DNA of 63,509 nucleotides, the filler included, from Choristocarpus tenellus KU-1152 (Eukaryota; Protista; Phaeophyceae): the NCBI GenBank assembly GCA_964200185.2. It is 12 parts of 12 records of this genome, joined end to end, with 100 filler letters (N's around TTAATTAATTAA, not from the genome) between each part and the next. Parts side by side here need not be neighbours in the genome. Positions count along the whole stretch, not along the records: positions 60,566 to 63,509 come from CAXNAD020023471.1; 11 more parts are not named here. One strand, 5' to 3'. A program made the translations under genes and the position numbers. The number at the start of each line of letters is the position of its first letter. Position 1 is the stretch's first letter. Positions 62,178 through 63,509 of this stretch are shown piece after piece. Below the pieces are notes generated by a model. That model saw only the letters and a program-made list of their open reading frames with translations, searched no databases and was not told the DNA's origin.

Positions 62178-62329
62178 TAATGGGGTTAGAGTGTGTGAGG
62201 TCTTACGCCTCTGACAGGACTGGGAAGATTCACACCACTCCAGAGGCTTGTGTTTAGAACCAGATAGTATGATCTTCCCCACATCGAAGTGATACATGTA
62301 CAAGGTTTTGGAGAATACAGTCTGCCATC

Positions 62330-63326
62330 CCGGACTTCCTGAAAAAGAGGGGAGAAAAGGTTCTGGCCTACACCATATATTAATAGCACTCTTAACTTGA
62401 AGGCAAACTCCAATCCTTGATCAGAACAAACCAACTTGAAATTCCCAGCAGTCGTATTCTGCAAACGTCTTTCGAGTACTTCAACTTCTTTGTAAAATAG
62501 ACGTGAATAGTGGAAAGTGGTAGGATCCACCATGTGCTTAGTGCTACCACTATCTATCAACAGATCAATTAATCAATTGACACAAGACTTTCTTAATGCA
62601 GTGTTTGTACAAACAACTGCCATCAATGAAATTTCTTTGATTTCATTATCTTTTTTATTCTTTGTTCTACATTCGGCATGTATGTGTTTGCAGAGTTGTG
62701 AAAACTGCACCATTTCTTTTTGTGATTACTTCTGTTTCTGCAACCTTTAGCAAAATGTTCAGATTTATTACGAACAAAACACTTCATGTTTTTCTTTCCA
62801 CCAAATTTATTCTTACTTTTGAATGGTTTTGAGATACTTGATTATGGATTCATACCTTTACCTTTTATCTTGCTATTTTATACCGATGATATAGCAAGGT
62901 TATATGTGTCTTTGTCAATTTGGGTTTTGTGAAGCACATTGACGTAGTTTGCCCGTATGACCCCTTGAATTTGTTCCAGAGTGATGTTTTCAATTGTTCG
63001 TGTCTGTGAGATGACGTTGTCGTACTCTGTAGATAAGTCGTGCAAAATAATGCTCTTGATCCGATAGTCAGAAACATGTTCACGGATGGACTCAAGTTGT
63101 GTCTTGATTCGATCCACACGATGAAAGAATATTTCACGATTCTCTTCTTCCAACATCTTGCACTACTCTAGATTGTTATGAAGTACAGTCACTCTCTACT
63201 CGTTCTTTGCCTCGTACTTTTTCTTCATCTCATTGAAGGCGACGTTGCCTTCAGTTAACTTCGTAGACGAGTTTGTGGGGCGAAGACTACGCAGTTTGCC
63301 ATTAGCTGCACCTTCCCAAGAGACGA
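62330..63326 (-). mobile_element. Ty1/copia gag-protease remnant
   Basis: Gag-like IKSIILHDLSTEYDNVI and protease IDSGSTKHM...GVGQNLFS on the minus strand; stops. Confidence 0.75.
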
Positions 63327-63500
63327 GGCTCCAAGTATCTGGGAGGGGTGGCGACCGTCCATTGGGGATCAATTTTTTCATGTCGCGCTTTTTGGGTGAT
63401 GTGGTTGCATAGGTCAGATAGATAATATATATGCACTTTTCCTGCTTTTGGCCCAAATGGACACCCTGGTGTAGACCCCCACCCCCCCCCCCCCCCCCCC
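63327..63500 (-). mobile_element. MITE family B copy (one end degenerate)
   Basis: GGCTCCAAGTATCTGGGAGGGG followed by the reverse-complement B body. Confidence 0.8.
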
Positions 63501-63509
63501 CTCTGTGTC

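Larger units (their letters stand above)
60780..62300 (-). mobile_element. Ty3/gypsy integrase remnant with two MITE A insertions
   Basis: Reconstructed CQRRKTSHTLTPLPTGHMPVTRPFQ...AVDHLTRF...FGPPETLHSDQGKEFEN...DWASLLPFVQLAHNTAYNPTVQETPFFLMFGR. Confidence 0.88.

Overview
Eukaryotic, intron-rich, repeat-rich genomic DNA. The window is 12 unrelated contig pieces joined by 11 artificial 100-bp linkers (N44-TTAATTAATTAA-N44), so nothing should be inferred across linkers. TTAGGG repeats, kb-scale introns and a stramenopile-type bZIP gene point to a photosynthetic stramenopile, probably a brown alga (inference). Host genes reconstructed by hand from spliced exons: flavin amine oxidase (3' part), RCC1-repeat protein (2 exons), SPT5 (5 exons, KOW region), a USP40-like deubiquitinase with an inserted UBA head-to-head with a MORN-repeat gene, a stramenopile bZIP(-PAS) factor, and tRNA-Glu(TTC). 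Mobile DNA dominates: a decayed Ty1/copia element with both LTRs, Ty3/gypsy elements primed by tRNA-Gln with about 10 LTR pieces, LINE remnants, and four related MITE families (A-D) with G-N4-AAA-type termini. Most notable: (i) telomeric TTAGGG units that have appeared inside MITE copies at positions where sister copies lack them; (ii) 3-bp versus 4-bp target duplications within one MITE family, fixed by empty sites and reading-frame restoration; (iii) a MITE-cargo-MITE composite with permuted target duplications; (iv) gypsy LTR ends joined to a fixed position of their own LTR; (v) an exon-like ORF with a DGQHR (ParB/Srx-like) motif. All calls are from reading the sequence; no database searches were run.
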